NCBI GenBank assembly: GCA_019634925.1
Contig: JAHCAL010000009.1
Location: 28-64,027 of the forward strand
Direction of reading: 5' to 3'
Source: Pseudomonadales bacterium
GTDB taxonomy: Bacteria > Pseudomonadota > Gammaproteobacteria > Pseudomonadales > Azotimanducaceae
Length of the DNA stretch: 64,000 nt
Part shown: piece by piece, positions 44,833 through 55,939 of the stretch
Layout: every line of letters starts with the position of its first letter
How positions within the stretch are numbered: the first letter of the stretch is position 1
Notes under the pieces: model-generated
The model's database searches: none
What the model was told of the DNA's origin: nothing
The model's input: the letters and a program-made list of their open reading frames with translations, nothing else
Made by a program: the position numbers and the translations under genes

Positions 44833-46719
44833 ATGGCCCCGTCGCTCGCCTTCAGGGATACCCAGCGCGAACGCAGGATCTTCGTGGTCCGTGCCTCCGT
44901 GCTGCTCGCCGCTGCAATGCTCCTGGTCGGTGGCCTCTTCCTGCGGCTCGTGCAGCTGCAGGTATGGGAACACGAGACCTATCGGACGCGCTCGGAGGCG
45001 AACCGCATCCAGCTGCAGCCGCTGGCTCCGCCGCGCGGCCTGATCTTCGACCGCAATGGCGTGCTGCTGGCCAGCAACCGACCGGTCTCGGCGCTCAATA
45101 TCGTGCGTGAGCGCGTCACCGACATGGACGCCCTGCTCACCGAACTCACCGTCCTGCTCTCGCTCTCCGAGGACGACCTCACGGGTTTCCGCGCGCGTCT
45201 CGGTCGGGCGCGCCGGCCCTTCGAGTCGGTGGTGCTGAAGCAGGTGCTCTCGGAGGAGGAAATCGCCCGCCTGGCCGTGCATCGGCACCGGCTTGCCGGC
45301 GTCGAGATCACCACGCAGTTCCTGCGCCACTATCCGTTCGGCCCGGAATTCGCCCACGCGCTCGGTGCCATGGGGCGGATCGACGAAGACGACCTCAAGC
45401 GCCTGGACCCGGTGCGCTACAGTGCAACGCGCTTCGTCGGGAAACGCGGCGCCGAGCGGTTCTACGAGAGTTCCCTGCACGGTGAGGTGGGACACCAGAA
45501 AGTCGAGGTCGACGCGCACGGCCGCATCCGCCAGGTGCTGGACATCAATCCGCCGATCGCGGGGCAGAACATCACGCTGCAGCTCGACAGTCGGCTGCAG
45601 CGGGTGGCTGCCGAAGCGCTCGGTGAACGACGTGGCGCCGTGGTCGCGCTCGATCCGCGCTCCGGCGGGATCCTGGCCATGGTGAGCCAGCCGACCTACG
45701 ATCCGAACCTGTTCATCACCGGTATCTCGGCTGCGGACTACCGGCAGCTCACCGCCGATCGGGACCGGCCGATGTTCAATCGTGTCATCAACGGTCAGTA
45801 TGCGCCCGGTTCCACGTTCAAGCCCTTCGTCGGGCTCACGGGTATCGCCAATGGCGCGATCCGCTGGGACGAACGTATCGAGGACCGTGGCTGGTTCCGG
45901 CTCAAGGGTCAGCAGCGCATCTATCGCGACTGGAGCTGGACACGCGGCAACTCGGGCGGCCAGGGTCTGGTCGACCTGGACCGGGCGATCTACCGCTCGT
46001 CCAACGTCTACTTCTACGACCTCGCCAGCCGCATGGACATCGATCGCATGTCGGGTTTCCTTGCCCAGTTCGGCTTCGGCCAGCGCACGGCGCTCGACAT
46101 TCCGGAGGCGAGTTCGGGCGTGCTGCCGAGCCGGGCCTGGAAACGCGGCGCGCGCGGTGAACCATGGTATCCGGGCGACAGCGTCAACATGGGTATCGGC
46201 CAGGGCGACGTACTGGTCACGCCGTTGCAGCTCGCGACCGCCACCATGGTGATCGCGAACCGCGGGCGGTTCGTGCGGCCGCGCCTGCTGCTCGCGAGCG
46301 ACCAGCCGCTGGTCGAATTCGATCCGCCGCCGCAGCTTCAGGACGTGCAGGGCCTCACGGTCGAAGACTGGGAGCGCATGGTGGACGCGATGGAGAACGT
46401 GGTCCACCGGGGCAACCTGGGCTATCGGCAGAGCGGCACCGCGAATGCGCACATCGGCCAGAACCTGCCTTACCGGATCGCCGGAAAGTCCGGCACCGCG
46501 CAGGTCGTGCAGATCCGCCAGGGCGAGGAATACGACGAGCGGCTGCTCGACGAATACCAGCGCAAGCACGCCTGGTTCATCGGCTTCGCCCCCGCCGACG
46601 ATCCGCAGATCGTCATGGCCGTGCTGGTCGAGAATGGCGGCGGCGGCAGTTCGATCGCAGCACCGGTCGTGCGCCAGGTCATGGACGCGTACCTGTTGCC
46701 GCAGATCGTCGCGCGATGA
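44833..46719 (+). CDS. mrdA: penicillin-binding protein 2 (elongasome transpeptidase)
   Basis: 628 aa with an N-terminal TM segment; STFKP (SxxK), SSN and KSGTA motifs. Confidence 0.95.
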   Translation: MAPSLAFRDTQRERRIFVVRASVLLAAAMLLVGGLFLRLVQLQVWEHETYRTRSEANRIQLQPLAPPRGLIFDRNGVLLASNRPVSALNIVRERVTDMDALLTELTVLLSLSEDDLTGFRARLGRARRPFESVVLKQVLSEEEIARLAVHRHRLAGVEITTQFLRHYPFGPEFAHALGAMGRIDEDDLKRLDPVRYSATRFVGKRGAERFYESSLHGEVGHQKVEVDAHGRIRQVLDINPPIAGQNITLQLDSRLQRVAAEALGERRGAVVALDPRSGGILAMVSQPTYDPNLFITGISAADYRQLTADRDRPMFNRVINGQYAPGSTFKPFVGLTGIANGAIRWDERIEDRGWFRLKGQQRIYRDWSWTRGNSGGQGLVDLDRAIYRSSNVYFYDLASRMDIDRMSGFLAQFGFGQRTALDIPEASSGVLPSRAWKRGARGEPWYPGDSVNMGIGQGDVLVTPLQLATATMVIANRGRFVRPRLLLASDQPLVEFDPPPQLQDVQGLTVEDWERMVDAMENVVHRGNLGYRQSGTANAHIGQNLPYRIAGKSGTAQVVQIRQGEEYDERLLDEYQRKHAWFIGFAPADDPQIVMAVLVENGGGGSSIAAPVVRQVMDAYLLPQIVAR

Positions 46720-47846
46720 CCACGCGTGACTTCGTGCGCTCGCTGCCGCAGCGGGAAACGCGCTCGGCAGGCGCGCGCCTGCGCCAGATTCACCTCGACC
46801 CGTTGATGCTGATCGGGCTTCTGGTCGTTATGGGCTTCGGGCTCGTGGTGCTCTACAGTGCGGCGGACCGGAACGTCGACATGGTTGTCAACCAGTCCGT
46901 CCGGCTGCTCCTGGGATTGAGCGTACTCGTGGTCGCGGCCCAGCTTCCCGTGACGGTCTACCTGCGCTGGACGCCGTTCGCGTACGCGGGCGGTGTCGGA
47001 CTGCTGCTGCTGGTCGACCTGATCGGGTCGAGCGCAAAGGGGGCGCAACGCTGGCTGGATCTGCCGGGGTTGCCGCGCTTCCAGCCATCCGAACTGGTGA
47101 AGATCATGGTGCCCATGATGGTCGCCTGGTACCTGCACGATCGGCCGCTGCCGCCGGGCCTCAAGGACCTCGCCGTCGCGCTGGGGATCATTGCCGTACC
47201 GACCGGCCTGATCCTCATTCAGCCGGATCTCGGCACGGCGATCCTGGTTGCCGGCGCCGGGGTCGCGGTCATCGTGCTCGCCGGACTCCAGTGGCGCTGG
47301 ATGGCGGGGGCGGCGCTCGCGCTCGCGCTCGCGGCGCCGGGCCTCTGGTACATGCTGCACGACTACCAGCGGCAACGCATCCTGACGCTGTTCGATCCGC
47401 AGAGCGACCCGCTCGGCGCCGGCTGGAACATCATCCAGTCGACCACGGCGATCGGCTCCGGCGGCGTGTACGGCAAGGGCCTCTTTCAGGGCACCCAGAG
47501 CCATCTCGATTTCCTGCCGGAAAGCCATACCGACTTCATCATCGCCGTCATCGGCGAGGAACTGGGGCTGGTCGGCATGACCGGCCTCCTGCTGGTCTAC
47601 CTTGCGCTCGTGGCCCGTGGACTGTTCATCGCGGCGCAGGCGCAGCATGCGTTTCAGCGGCTGCTCGCCGGGGCACTCACGCTCACATTCTTTGTCTATG
47701 TCTTCGTCAACGTGGGCATGGTCAGCGGCCTGCTTCCGGTGGTGGGCGTGCCGCTTCCACTGGTGAGTTACGGCGGCACCTCGGCCATCACGCTGCTCGG
47801 CAGTTTTGGCATCATCATGGCCGTGCGTACCCATCGCGGCTGGTAG
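46716..47846 (+). CDS. rodA: rod-shape-determining SEDS protein RodA
   Basis: ATG 46716 in ATGA overlap with mrdA; 376 aa, polytopic; ESHTDFIIAVIGEELG. Confidence 0.94.
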   Translation: MTTRDFVRSLPQRETRSAGARLRQIHLDPLMLIGLLVVMGFGLVVLYSAADRNVDMVVNQSVRLLLGLSVLVVAAQLPVTVYLRWTPFAYAGGVGLLLLVDLIGSSAKGAQRWLDLPGLPRFQPSELVKIMVPMMVAWYLHDRPLPPGLKDLAVALGIIAVPTGLILIQPDLGTAILVAGAGVAVIVLAGLQWRWMAGAALALALAAPGLWYMLHDYQRQRILTLFDPQSDPLGAGWNIIQSTTAIGSGGVYGKGLFQGTQSHLDFLPESHTDFIIAVIGEELGLVGMTGLLLVYLALVARGLFIAAQAQHAFQRLLAGALTLTFFVYVFVNVGMVSGLLPVVGVPLPLVSYGGTSAITLLGSFGIIMAVRTHRGW

Positions 47847-47870
47847 TCAACCCGGGAAACGGATCGAAGG

Positions 47871-48887
47871 ATGTTCGTGAGCAGGCAGATCTGGAAGGCG
47901 CGCCTCGCCGGCGCGCTCTGTGGCGTGGCGCTCCTGGCGGCAACGACGGCGCAGGCCGATTACCTCGTGCGCCAGGAGGTGCGTGATTACATGGCGGAGC
48001 TCGCCGCCGAGCATGGCTTCGGGCTCGACGAGCTCGAAACGCTGCTCGGTCGCGCGGAACGCAAGCAGAACATCCTCGACGCGATTTCGCGGCCGGCCGA
48101 GCGGGTGCTCAAGTGGCACGAGTACCGCGACATCTTCCTGAAGGAGCCCCGCGTCAGCCAGGGGCTCGAGTTCTGGGCCGAAAATGCCGAGACCCTCGAG
48201 CGGGCGCAGCTGCGCTATGGCGTCCCGCCCGAATACGTCGTCGCCATCATCGGCGTCGAGACCCGCTACGGCAGGATCACCGGCAGTTATCGGGTGCTCG
48301 ATGCGCTCATGACCCTCGGCTTCGATTATCCGCCGCGCGCAGGATTCTTTCGCAGCGAACTCACCCACTTCCTGCTGCTTGCGCGTGAAGAAGGATTCAA
48401 TCCGCTCGAATTGAAAGGATCCTATGCCGGTGCGATGGGGTACGGTCAGTTCATTCCTTCGAGCTTCCGCGCCTATGCCGTCGACTTCGACGGTGACGGA
48501 CGGCGCGACATCTGGAGCAACCGCGTCGACGCCATCGGCAGCGTGGCCAACTACTTCGCGCGGCATGGCTGGACGGCCGACGCCCCGGTGGCGATCCGGG
48601 TCGACGTGAGCGGCGCCGGTACCGGCGCCGTCACCAACGACACGCTGGACCTGCGCCACACCGTCGGCAGCCTGCGCGAACTCGGGATCCGTATCGACGA
48701 CGTGGCGGCCGAGGCACCTGCGGTTCTGTACCAGATGGACGGCGTCGACGGGGACGAATACTGGGTGGGACTCGGCAACTTCTACGTGATCACGCGCTAC
48801 AACCGCAGCCGCCTCTACGCGCTCGCGGTCCATCAGCTCGCAGAGGAGATCCGCCAGCAGCGCGCGGCCGCGCTAGCGGGGCGCTGA
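47871..48887 (+). CDS. mltB: lytic murein transglycosylase B
   Basis: 338 aa with a signal peptide; GVETRYG and YAGAMGYGQFIPSS motifs. Confidence 0.9.
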   Translation: MFVSRQIWKARLAGALCGVALLAATTAQADYLVRQEVRDYMAELAAEHGFGLDELETLLGRAERKQNILDAISRPAERVLKWHEYRDIFLKEPRVSQGLEFWAENAETLERAQLRYGVPPEYVVAIIGVETRYGRITGSYRVLDALMTLGFDYPPRAGFFRSELTHFLLLAREEGFNPLELKGSYAGAMGYGQFIPSSFRAYAVDFDGDGRRDIWSNRVDAIGSVANYFARHGWTADAPVAIRVDVSGAGTGAVTNDTLDLRHTVGSLRELGIRIDDVAAEAPAVLYQMDGVDGDEYWVGLGNFYVITRYNRSRLYALAVHQLAEEIRQQRAAALAGR

Positions 48888-48890
48888 GCG

Positions 48891-49745
48891 GTGAATCCGC
48901 GCGCGTGGTTGCCGCTGCTCCTGCTGCTCGCGCTGACAGCGTGCCAGTCGGCGCCGCAGGCGCCGACCACCGTGGGCCAGCCGGCGCCGCCCGCGCGTGC
49001 GCCGGCCCAGGACTGGGACGTCGACGGTCCGCCCGACCATATACCGCCGGGACTCGAACACCTGCCCGATCCCGTGCCGCGCCTCGAGCCGAAGAGCGCG
49101 CGCGGCAACCCCGCGAGCTATACGGTATTCGGACGCACCTACCAGACCTGGGACTCCGCCGAGGGCTACTACGCGACCGGGCTCGCGTCATGGTACGGGC
49201 GCAAGTTTCACGGTCGCAGCACCTCGAGCGGCGAGCCCTACGACATGCTGCAGCTGACGGCCGCACACCGCTCGTTGCCGATTCCCACCTACGTCCGGGT
49301 GACCAACCTCGAGAACGGCCGCAGCACGCTGGTGCGCGTGAACGATCGCGGCCCGTTCCACAACGACCGGATCATCGACCTCTCGTTTGCCGCTGCGTAC
49401 AAGCTTGGCTTTGCCGAGCGCGGTACGGCGCGCGTGCGCATCGAGAGCTGGGCGCCGCCCGACGGGCCGGGCGTGCGCGCACGGGCCGATCAGCAGATTG
49501 CGGATCTACCGCTCGAGCGCAGGTACATCCTCCAGGCCGGCGCGTTCCGCAATCTCGCCGCGGCGGATACGCTGAAGGATACGTTGACGCGCCTGACCGG
49601 CGAGCGGGCGTACGTGGTGAAAGTCGACAACGAGGATCTCTACCGGGTTCGCCTGGGCCCGGTCATGGGGCAGCCAGAGGCCGAACGACTGCGTGCGCTG
49701 ATCATCGCGGCGAATCAGGGCACACCGATCATCATTCCCGATTGA
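48891..49745 (+). CDS. rlpA: septal ring lytic transglycosylase RlpA (DPBB plus SPOR), lipoprotein
   Basis: Lipobox LALTA-C; ASWYGRKFHGRSTSSGEPYDM...VRVNDRGPF; C-terminal SPOR-like YILQAGAFRN...YRVRLGP. Confidence 0.92.
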   Translation: MNPRAWLPLLLLLALTACQSAPQAPTTVGQPAPPARAPAQDWDVDGPPDHIPPGLEHLPDPVPRLEPKSARGNPASYTVFGRTYQTWDSAEGYYATGLASWYGRKFHGRSTSSGEPYDMLQLTAAHRSLPIPTYVRVTNLENGRSTLVRVNDRGPFHNDRIIDLSFAAAYKLGFAERGTARVRIESWAPPDGPGVRARADQQIADLPLERRYILQAGAFRNLAAADTLKDTLTRLTGERAYVVKVDNEDLYRVRLGPVMGQPEAERLRALIIAANQGTPIIIPD

Positions 49746-49839
49746 CCACAGCCGGTCGGAGCCCGACGTCGCGCCGGGGGAGTGGTAGAATGCGGCCCGA
49801 TTCGACGTTTACCACGTCGGGAAGGAATTCGACTGACGC

Positions 49840-51045
49840 ATGAGCACGGACTGCACCAGCCTCGTACGACCCCGCGCGCCCGGACCGATTGCCCTGGCCC
49901 GGCTGCTGTTCGCGTGGACCATCGCGCTCGCCGCCGGCCCAGCAGCCGGCGCGGCGGCCGCGCCGGCTCCGCCACCGGACGTTGCGGCGAGTTCCTATCT
50001 GCTGGTCGATGCCGATACGCTCCGCGTGCTGGTCGAGCACAACAGCCACGAGCCGATGCCGCCCGCGAGCCTCACCAAGATCATGACGGCCTACGTTGCC
50101 GAGGTGGAACTGACGGCCGGGCGAATCAAGCTGGAAGACCAGGTGCCGGTGAGCGTCAACGCCTGGCGCACCGGCGGTTCGCGCATGTTCATCCGCGAAG
50201 GCACCACGGTGTCGCTCGACGATCTGCTGCGCGGTGTCATCATCTCCTCCGGCAACGACGCCAGCGTCGCGCTGGCGGAATACATTGCCGGTAGCGAGTC
50301 CGCGTTCGCGGACATGATGAACCAGCAGGCGGCGCGGCTCGGGCTCAAGAACACCCATTTCCAGAACGCGACCGGACTGCCTGCCCCGGACCACTACACC
50401 ACCGCATGGGATCTGGCGCTCCTCACCCGCGCGCTGATCCGGGAGTATCCGGAACACTACGCCATCTACGCGGAGCGCTCGTTCAACTTCAACAACATCG
50501 ACCAGCCGAACCGCAACCGGTTGCTGTGGCGCGATCGCACCGTCGACGGCGTGAAGACCGGCCATACCGAGGAGGCGGGCTATTGCCTGGTCGCGTCGGC
50601 GCTGCGCGGCAACATGCGGCTGATCTCGGTCGTGATGGGCACGGACAGCGACGAGGCGCGCATGCGCGAGAGCCAGAAGCTGCTCTCCTACGGCTTCCGC
50701 TATTTCGAAACGCACAAACTCTACGATGCCGGCGTGCCGCTCAAGACAGCGCGGGTCTGGTACGGGGTCGACCGGGAAATCCAGCTCGGTGCGCGCGAGG
50801 ACGTGTACGTCACCATCACGCGCGGCGCCTATGACGGGCTGCAGGCGGAGCTGCTCGTGCCCCGTGCGATCGAAGCGCCGGTCGCCGAGGGACAGGAGAT
50901 CGGCCTGCTGCGCCTCTCGCTCGGCGACGAGACCGTGCTCGAGACCCCGCTGGTCGCGCTCGCGGCGATCGAGGAGGCCGGTATCTTCCGGCGCCTGATC
51001 GACTTCTTCGTGCTGCTGTTCGCGAACCTGTTTTCCAGTGAATGA
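49840..51045 (+). CDS. dacA: D-alanyl-D-alanine carboxypeptidase (PBP5/6 class)
   Basis: 401 aa; SLTK (SxxK), SGND (SxN) and KTGHT (KTG). Synteny rodA-rlpA-dacA-ybeD-lipB as in E. coli. Confidence 0.92.
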   Translation: MSTDCTSLVRPRAPGPIALARLLFAWTIALAAGPAAGAAAAPAPPPDVAASSYLLVDADTLRVLVEHNSHEPMPPASLTKIMTAYVAEVELTAGRIKLEDQVPVSVNAWRTGGSRMFIREGTTVSLDDLLRGVIISSGNDASVALAEYIAGSESAFADMMNQQAARLGLKNTHFQNATGLPAPDHYTTAWDLALLTRALIREYPEHYAIYAERSFNFNNIDQPNRNRLLWRDRTVDGVKTGHTEEAGYCLVASALRGNMRLISVVMGTDSDEARMRESQKLLSYGFRYFETHKLYDAGVPLKTARVWYGVDREIQLGAREDVYVTITRGAYDGLQAELLVPRAIEAPVAEGQEIGLLRLSLGDETVLETPLVALAAIEEAGIFRRLIDFFVLLFANLFSSE

Positions 51046-51301
51046 GCCGCCGCGCATCACGTTTCCCTGCGCGTATCCGATCCGCGTGATCGGCGACACC
51101 TCGGTGGACCTGCGAACCACGGTTCTGCGCATTGTACGTGAGCATGCACCGGACGTGGACGAAGCCACGGTCAGCGTGCGCGAGAGTCGCGCCGGCGGTT
51201 ACTGTTCGGTCCGCTTCAGTATCGTGGCGACCGGCGAGTCCCAGCTGCGTGCGTTGCACGGCGCGCTCATGGCCGAGCAGTCCGTCAGGCTGGTGCTCTG
51301 A
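51038..51301 (+). CDS. ybeD: YbeD-family (DUF493/UPF0250) protein
   Basis: 87 aa; [11 protein letters not shown]; conserved position between dacA and lipB. Confidence 0.85.
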   Translation: MNEPPRITFPCAYPIRVIGDTSVDLRTTVLRIVREHAPDVDEATVSVRESRAGGYCSVRFSIVATGESQLRALHGALMAEQSVRLVL

Positions 51302-51302
51302 C

Positions 51303-51989
51303 ATGGCAGTGGACCAGGCCCGTGCGCCTGTTGCGGAGGTTCTGAAGGCGTCCGTGCTGCTGCGCGATCTCGGCCTCACCGACTACGAGACCGTGTTCCG
51401 CGCGATGCAGACGTTCACGGCCGACCGGAACGCCGATACCGCGGACGAAATCTGGCTGACCGAGCATCGTCCGGTCTTCACCCAGGGGCAGGCCGGCAAG
51501 GTGGAGCACCTGCTCGCACCGGGATCGATCCCGGTGGTGCAGACCGATCGCGGCGGCCAGGTGACGTATCATGGGCCGGGACAGATCGTGGCCTACCTGA
51601 TGTTCGACATCCGACGTTCCGGGCTCACCGTCAGGGGGCTGGTCAGCGGCATCGAGTCCGCGGTGATCCGGACGCTCGCAGGTTTCGGCATCGACGGTGC
51701 GCCGCGTCCGGATGCCCCCGGCGTGTACGTGGATGGCGCCAAGATCGCGTCGCTCGGCCTGCGCGTGCGCAGGGGCTGTTCGTATCACGGACTCAGCCTG
51801 AACGTGGACATGGATCTCGAGCCGTTCGCGCGGATCAACCCGTGCGGGCTCCTCGGCATGCAGGTGACGCAGATTCGCGACCGCGCCGGCGCGGTTCCGC
51901 TCGATCTGGTGCGGGCGCGCCTCATCGAGGCGCTGGCCGCTACTTACGGGATCAGCGTGCGCAGATCGGGCAGTCCGGATTGCGCTTGA
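51303..51989 (+). CDS. lipB: octanoyltransferase LipB
   Basis: ATG 51303; 228 aa; [28 protein letters not shown], and the catalytic region [21 protein letters not shown]. Confidence 0.93.
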   Translation: MAVDQARAPVAEVLKASVLLRDLGLTDYETVFRAMQTFTADRNADTADEIWLTEHRPVFTQGQAGKVEHLLAPGSIPVVQTDRGGQVTYHGPGQIVAYLMFDIRRSGLTVRGLVSGIESAVIRTLAGFGIDGAPRPDAPGVYVDGAKIASLGLRVRRGCSYHGLSLNVDMDLEPFARINPCGLLGMQVTQIRDRAGAVPLDLVRARLIEALAATYGISVRRSGSPDCA

Positions 51990-52701
51990 GCCCGAGCCGG
52001 CGCCACTCGAGCCATTTGCTGTCGAAGAACAGCACGTACCCTACCAGCGACACACCGATGCCGCAGATCAACTTGATCGCCTCGAGCGCCTGGGTCGCCC
52101 CGATGATTCCCACCAGGGGTGCGACCACCCCGTTCTCGGCGCAGTTGAGCGCGGCGTCGTCACCCTCAGGGTACAGGCAGCGGTAGCAGGGCGACTCCGG
52201 CCGGAGCGGGTCGAACGCGGTGACCTGGCCTTCCCAGCGAATCGCGGCACCGGAGACCAGCGGTGTGCCGGCGCGCCAGCAGGCGTCGTTGATCGCGTAG
52301 CGCGTCCGGAAGTTGTCGGTCGCATCGAGTACCAGGTCGGCCGCCGCGATCTCCGCAGCGAGGTGCTCGCCTTCGAGCCGCTCTGCCCGGGTCACGAGCC
52401 GGATACCCGGATTCAGGCGGCTCAGGGTGCGGGCGGCCGACGCGACCTTGTCGAGGCCGATCGAACCGGTGTCGTGCACGATCTGCCGCTGCAGGTTCGA
52501 CAGGTCCACCTGGTCGTTGTCCACCAGCACGAGCGTCCCGACCCCGGCGGCGGCGAGATACATCGCCGCGGGCGAACCGAGCCCGCCCAGGCCGACGATC
52601 AGCACGCGTGCGGCAAGCAGGCGCTCCTGGCCGGCCACATCCAGCTCCGGCAGCATGATGTGCCGGCTGTAGCGCAGGAGCTCGTCGTCGTTCATGGCCA
52701 T
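51952..52701 (-). CDS. ThiF/MoeB-family adenylyltransferase (molybdopterin-synthase adenylyltransferase-like)
   Basis: 249 aa; [45 protein letters not shown]; Zn motifs CYRC and CPIC. Confidence 0.88.
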   Translation of the reverse strand: MAMNDDELLRYSRHIMLPELDVAGQERLLAARVLIVGLGGLGSPAAMYLAAAGVGTLVLVDNDQVDLSNLQRQIVHDTGSIGLDKVASAARTLSRLNPGIRLVTRAERLEGEHLAAEIAAADLVLDATDNFRTRYAINDACWRAGTPLVSGAAIRWEGQVTAFDPLRPESPCYRCLYPEGDDAALNCAENGVVAPLVGIIGATQALEAIKLICGIGVSLVGYVLFFDSKWLEWRRLGLKRNPDCPICAR

Positions 52702-53504
52702 TGCCCCTCGGTGATGCGCTCGTGACCGGCGAGGTCGTGTCGGGTCGCGACGCCCACGAAACCGCGCGCGGCGAGCAGCGCGCGGACACGTGCGCCCTGG
52801 TCGTAGCCGTGCTCGAGGATCAGCCGGCCGCCGGCACGGAGATGGTCCGGCGCCGCGGCGACGATCCGGCGGATCGCATCCAGACCATCGGGGCCGCCGA
52901 CCAGCGCGAGGCGCGGTTCGTGGGTGAGCGCGTCGAGATGCTCGTCATCGGCCGCGATGTACGGCGGGTTGCTGACGATGAGGTCGAAGCGGCCGTCGAC
53001 TGCCGTGAACCAGTCGCTCGCGAGCCACTCGATCGCCGCGCCGAGGCGCCTGGCGTTGACCCGGGCGAGGGCGAGCGCAGCGCACGAGACGTCGGTCGCG
53101 GTCACCCGGGCCGCGCTTTCCAGGGCGATCGCGATGGCCACCGCGCCACTGCCGCAACCGAGTTCGAGGACCCGATCGCCATTCGTGAGGTGCTCGAGCG
53201 CTGTTTCGACGAGATGTTCCGTCTCCGGACGCGGCACCAGCACCGCGGGCGACACCTCCACCTCGAACGCCCGGAAACCCTGCCGTCCGAGGATGTACGC
53301 CAGCGGCTCGCCGGCCCGGCGTCGCGCCGCCCAGCTTGCGAGCAGCACGAGTGCGTCGTCCGAAAGCGTGGTCTCCGGGGCCGCCCGGATGCGCGCCGGC
53401 GTGAGCGCCGACCCGGCGACGGCGGGCAGTTCGCAGAGCAGCCGTTCGCAGTCGATGCGCGCGAGATCCGCGTGCGCGCGCAGCCAGGCGGATACGCTGC
53501 TCAT
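52692..53504 (-). CDS. prmC: release factor glutamine methyltransferase PrmC (HemK)
   Basis: ATG 53504 in ATGA overlap with the prfA stop; 270 aa; [12 protein letters not shown], catalytic NPPY (IVSNPPYI). Confidence 0.92.
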   Translation of the reverse strand: MSSVSAWLRAHADLARIDCERLLCELPAVAGSALTPARIRAAPETTLSDDALVLLASWAARRRAGEPLAYILGRQGFRAFEVEVSPAVLVPRPETEHLVETALEHLTNGDRVLELGCGSGAVAIAIALESAARVTATDVSCAALALARVNARRLGAAIEWLASDWFTAVDGRFDLIVSNPPYIAADDEHLDALTHEPRLALVGGPDGLDAIRRIVAAAPDHLRAGGRLILEHGYDQGARVRALLAARGFVGVATRHDLAGHERITEGQWP

Positions 53505-54595
53505 GCACCGTCTCCGAGGTCCTGCAGAGCCTGCGCCTGGTGCTCGCGCACGAGCGGCGCGATGACGTCGTCGAGTGCGCCTTCGAGGATCTCGTCGAGC
53601 TTGTACAGCGTCAGGTTGATGCGGTGGTCGGTCACCCGACCCTGCGGATAGTTGTAGGTACGGATGCGCTCGGAGCGATCGCCCGAGCCGACCAGCGACT
53701 TGCGCGATGCCGCCTGTTGGCTCGCCTGCGCGGACCGTGCGGCGTCGAGCAGCCTGGCCTTGAGCAGCGCGAGCGCCCGCGCGCGATTCTTGTGCTGGGA
53801 GCGTTCGTCCTGGCATTCGACCACGATGCCGGTCGGCAGGTGAGTGATGCGCACTGCGGAGTCGGTCTTGTTGACATGCTGGCCGCCCGCGCCGGACGCC
53901 CGGAACGTGTCGATACGCAGTTCGGCCTTGTTGAGCTCGACGTCGGTGATGTCCTCCGGTTCCGGCAGGACCGCCACGGTGCACGCCGACGTGTGAATCC
54001 GGCCCTGGGATTCCGTTTCCGGTACGCGCTGCACGCGATGCGCGCCCGACTCGAACTTGAGCCGGCCGTACACGTCGCGGCCCTCGATGCGCGAGATGAT
54101 TTCCTTGTAGCCGCCGTGTTCGCCCGCGCGCTCACTCAGCACCTCGAGCCGCCAGCCCTGTGCCTCGGCGTACCGTGCGTACATGCGGAACAGGTCACCC
54201 GCGAAGATGGCGGCTTCGTCGCCGCCGGTTCCCGCGCGGATCTCGAGGAACACGTTCGCGGTGTCGTCCGGGTCGCGCGGCAGGAGCAGGGTGAGGAGCC
54301 GCTCGCGTTCGGCTTCGAGCAATGCGTCGATGCGGCGCGTGTCGTCCGCGGCGAGCTCGCGCAGCTCGGGGTCGCTGTCCTTTGCCAGTTCCCGGGTGGC
54401 CGCGAGTTCGCCTTCGAGTGCCGCGACGGACCGGAAACACGCGATGACCGGCTCCAGCTCCGAGAACTCCCGTGAGAGTGCGGTGAAACGTTCCCGGTTC
54501 GCGGTCGCCTCGCCGTCGGCCAGGAGCGCGCCGACCTCCTCGAAACGGTCGGTGAGGGCGTCGAGCCTGGCCAGCATGGACGGGGACAGTTGCAT
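53501..54595 (-). CDS. prfA: peptide chain release factor 1
   Basis: PET tripeptide context ([17 protein letters not shown]); GGQ motif ([18 protein letters not shown]). Start ATG 54595 preferred (GTG 54613 possible). Confidence 0.95.
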   Translation of the reverse strand: MQLSPSMLARLDALTDRFEEVGALLADGEATANRERFTALSREFSELEPVIACFRSVAALEGELAATRELAKDSDPELRELAADDTRRIDALLEAERERLLTLLLPRDPDDTANVFLEIRAGTGGDEAAIFAGDLFRMYARYAEAQGWRLEVLSERAGEHGGYKEIISRIEGRDVYGRLKFESGAHRVQRVPETESQGRIHTSACTVAVLPEPEDITDVELNKAELRIDTFRASGAGGQHVNKTDSAVRITHLPTGIVVECQDERSQHKNRARALALLKARLLDAARSAQASQQAASRKSLVGSGDRSERIRTYNYPQGRVTDHRINLTLYKLDEILEGALDDVIAPLVREHQAQALQDLGDGA

Positions 54596-54613
54596 GGGAT
54601 TCCGGGCGGACAC

Positions 54614-55867
54614 TCAGTCCAGTTGGTAGACCGACTTCAGGTAATCGAGCAGGTCGCCGCGTCCGTCGGCGCTGGCGTTGCGGATGGCTACGGTGGGCGG
54701 ATGGATCAGCTTGTTGGTCAGCGAGCGGGCGAGGCCGGCGAGTGCCTGGTCGGGCGACACGCCCGCCGCGATCTCCCGCAGCGCGCGTTGCAGCTCCTGT
54801 TCGCGCAGCATCTCGGCGCCGTCCCGGAACTGGCGCAGCAGCGCCTGGCCTTCGTGTGCGCGCCGTTCGCGCAGATAGTGCGTGGTGCCCTGGTCGACGA
54901 GCGCTTCGGCGGTCTGCGCGGCCGCGCGCCGGCCGCGGATGTTCTCCTCGATGATCTCGGTCAGATCGTCGATGGTGTACAGGTAGACGTCGGCGAGGTC
55001 GCCCACCTCCGGCTCTACGTCGCGCGGCACGGCCAGGTCGACGAAGAAGATCGGACGGCGCCTGCGCTGGCGGATCGCTGCCTCCACGGTCGTGCGGTGC
55101 ACGACCGGCAACATGCTGCCGGTCGACGCGATGACGATGTCGAAGCGGTGCAGCTGGGTGGCCACCGCGTCGAGTTCCATGGCTTCGCCGTTGAATCGGG
55201 CGGCGAGATTGGCGGCATTGGCGAGCGTGCGGTTCGCGATCGCCATGCTCGCGACGCGCTGTTCGTGCAGGTGTTCGGCGACCCGCTGCATGATCTCGCC
55301 GGCGCCGATGAGCAGCGCGCGCTTGGTCTCGAGGTCGGTGAACAGGCGCCCGGCCATGCTGACCGCCGCGTAGGCGACCGAGACGGGATTCCGGCCGATG
55401 TCGGTGTCGGTGCGGACGCGTTTCGCGGTCGCGAGTCCGACCTGGGAGAGCAGGTGCAGTTCGGGCCCGAGCGTGCCGGCTTCGCGCGCGAGTTCGTAGG
55501 CCGACTTGATCTGGCCCATGATCTGCGGCTCGCCCAGTACCTGCGAGTCGAGACCGGACGCGACCCGGATCAGGTGGCGGACGGCATCCGCGTCCCAGTA
55601 GGTATACGCGATGCGGGCCAGATCGTCCTCGCCGATGGGGCGGTGGCGGGCCAGCCACGCGGCGACCTGGCGCTCTGCGGACGGATCGAGCGCCGCGTAG
55701 ACCTCGGTCCGGTTACAGGTGGAGACGATGACCGCTTCGGACAGCGTCGGCACCTCGGCGCGGATCGCGTGCAGCGCGTCGCGCAGCCCGTCTTCCGGGA
55801 ACGCAATCCGCTCGCGCACCTCGAGCGGGGCCGTGCGGTGGTTTACGCCGTATGCCAATATCGCCAT
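54614..55867 (-). CDS. hemA: glutamyl-tRNA reductase
   Basis: MAILAYGVNHRTAPLEVRERIAF, STCNRTEVY; 417 aa from ATG 55867. The rest of the 636-aa track ORF is an upstream extension. Confidence 0.95.
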   Translation of the reverse strand: MAILAYGVNHRTAPLEVRERIAFPEDGLRDALHAIRAEVPTLSEAVIVSTCNRTEVYAALDPSAERQVAAWLARHRPIGEDDLARIAYTYWDADAVRHLIRVASGLDSQVLGEPQIMGQIKSAYELAREAGTLGPELHLLSQVGLATAKRVRTDTDIGRNPVSVAYAAVSMAGRLFTDLETKRALLIGAGEIMQRVAEHLHEQRVASMAIANRTLANAANLAARFNGEAMELDAVATQLHRFDIVIASTGSMLPVVHRTTVEAAIRQRRRRPIFFVDLAVPRDVEPEVGDLADVYLYTIDDLTEIIEENIRGRRAAAQTAEALVDQGTTHYLRERRAHEGQALLRQFRDGAEMLREQELQRALREIAAGVSPDQALAGLARSLTNKLIHPPTVAIRNASADGRGDLLDYLKSVYQLD

Positions 55868-55939
55868 AAGAAAGAGGGAGAGCGAACCGTTGCGTTCCCG
55901 CGGCCATTCGACGCGCCATGTTAACAGAGTCGGAGCACG

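Noticed and set aside
51952-51989. 38-nt convergent 3' overlap between lipB and the MoeB/ThiF-like gene.
   Set aside because: Both reading frames carry family motifs up to near their ends. Tail-to-tail overlaps are common in compact high-GC genomes, so there is no evidence of anything functional.
54195-55658. 487-aa minus-strand and 444-aa plus-strand alternative-frame ORFs over prfA/hemA.
   Set aside because: The hemA and prfA frames carry diagnostic motifs (GGQ, STCNRTEVY). These alternative frames are Arg/Pro-rich with no motifs.
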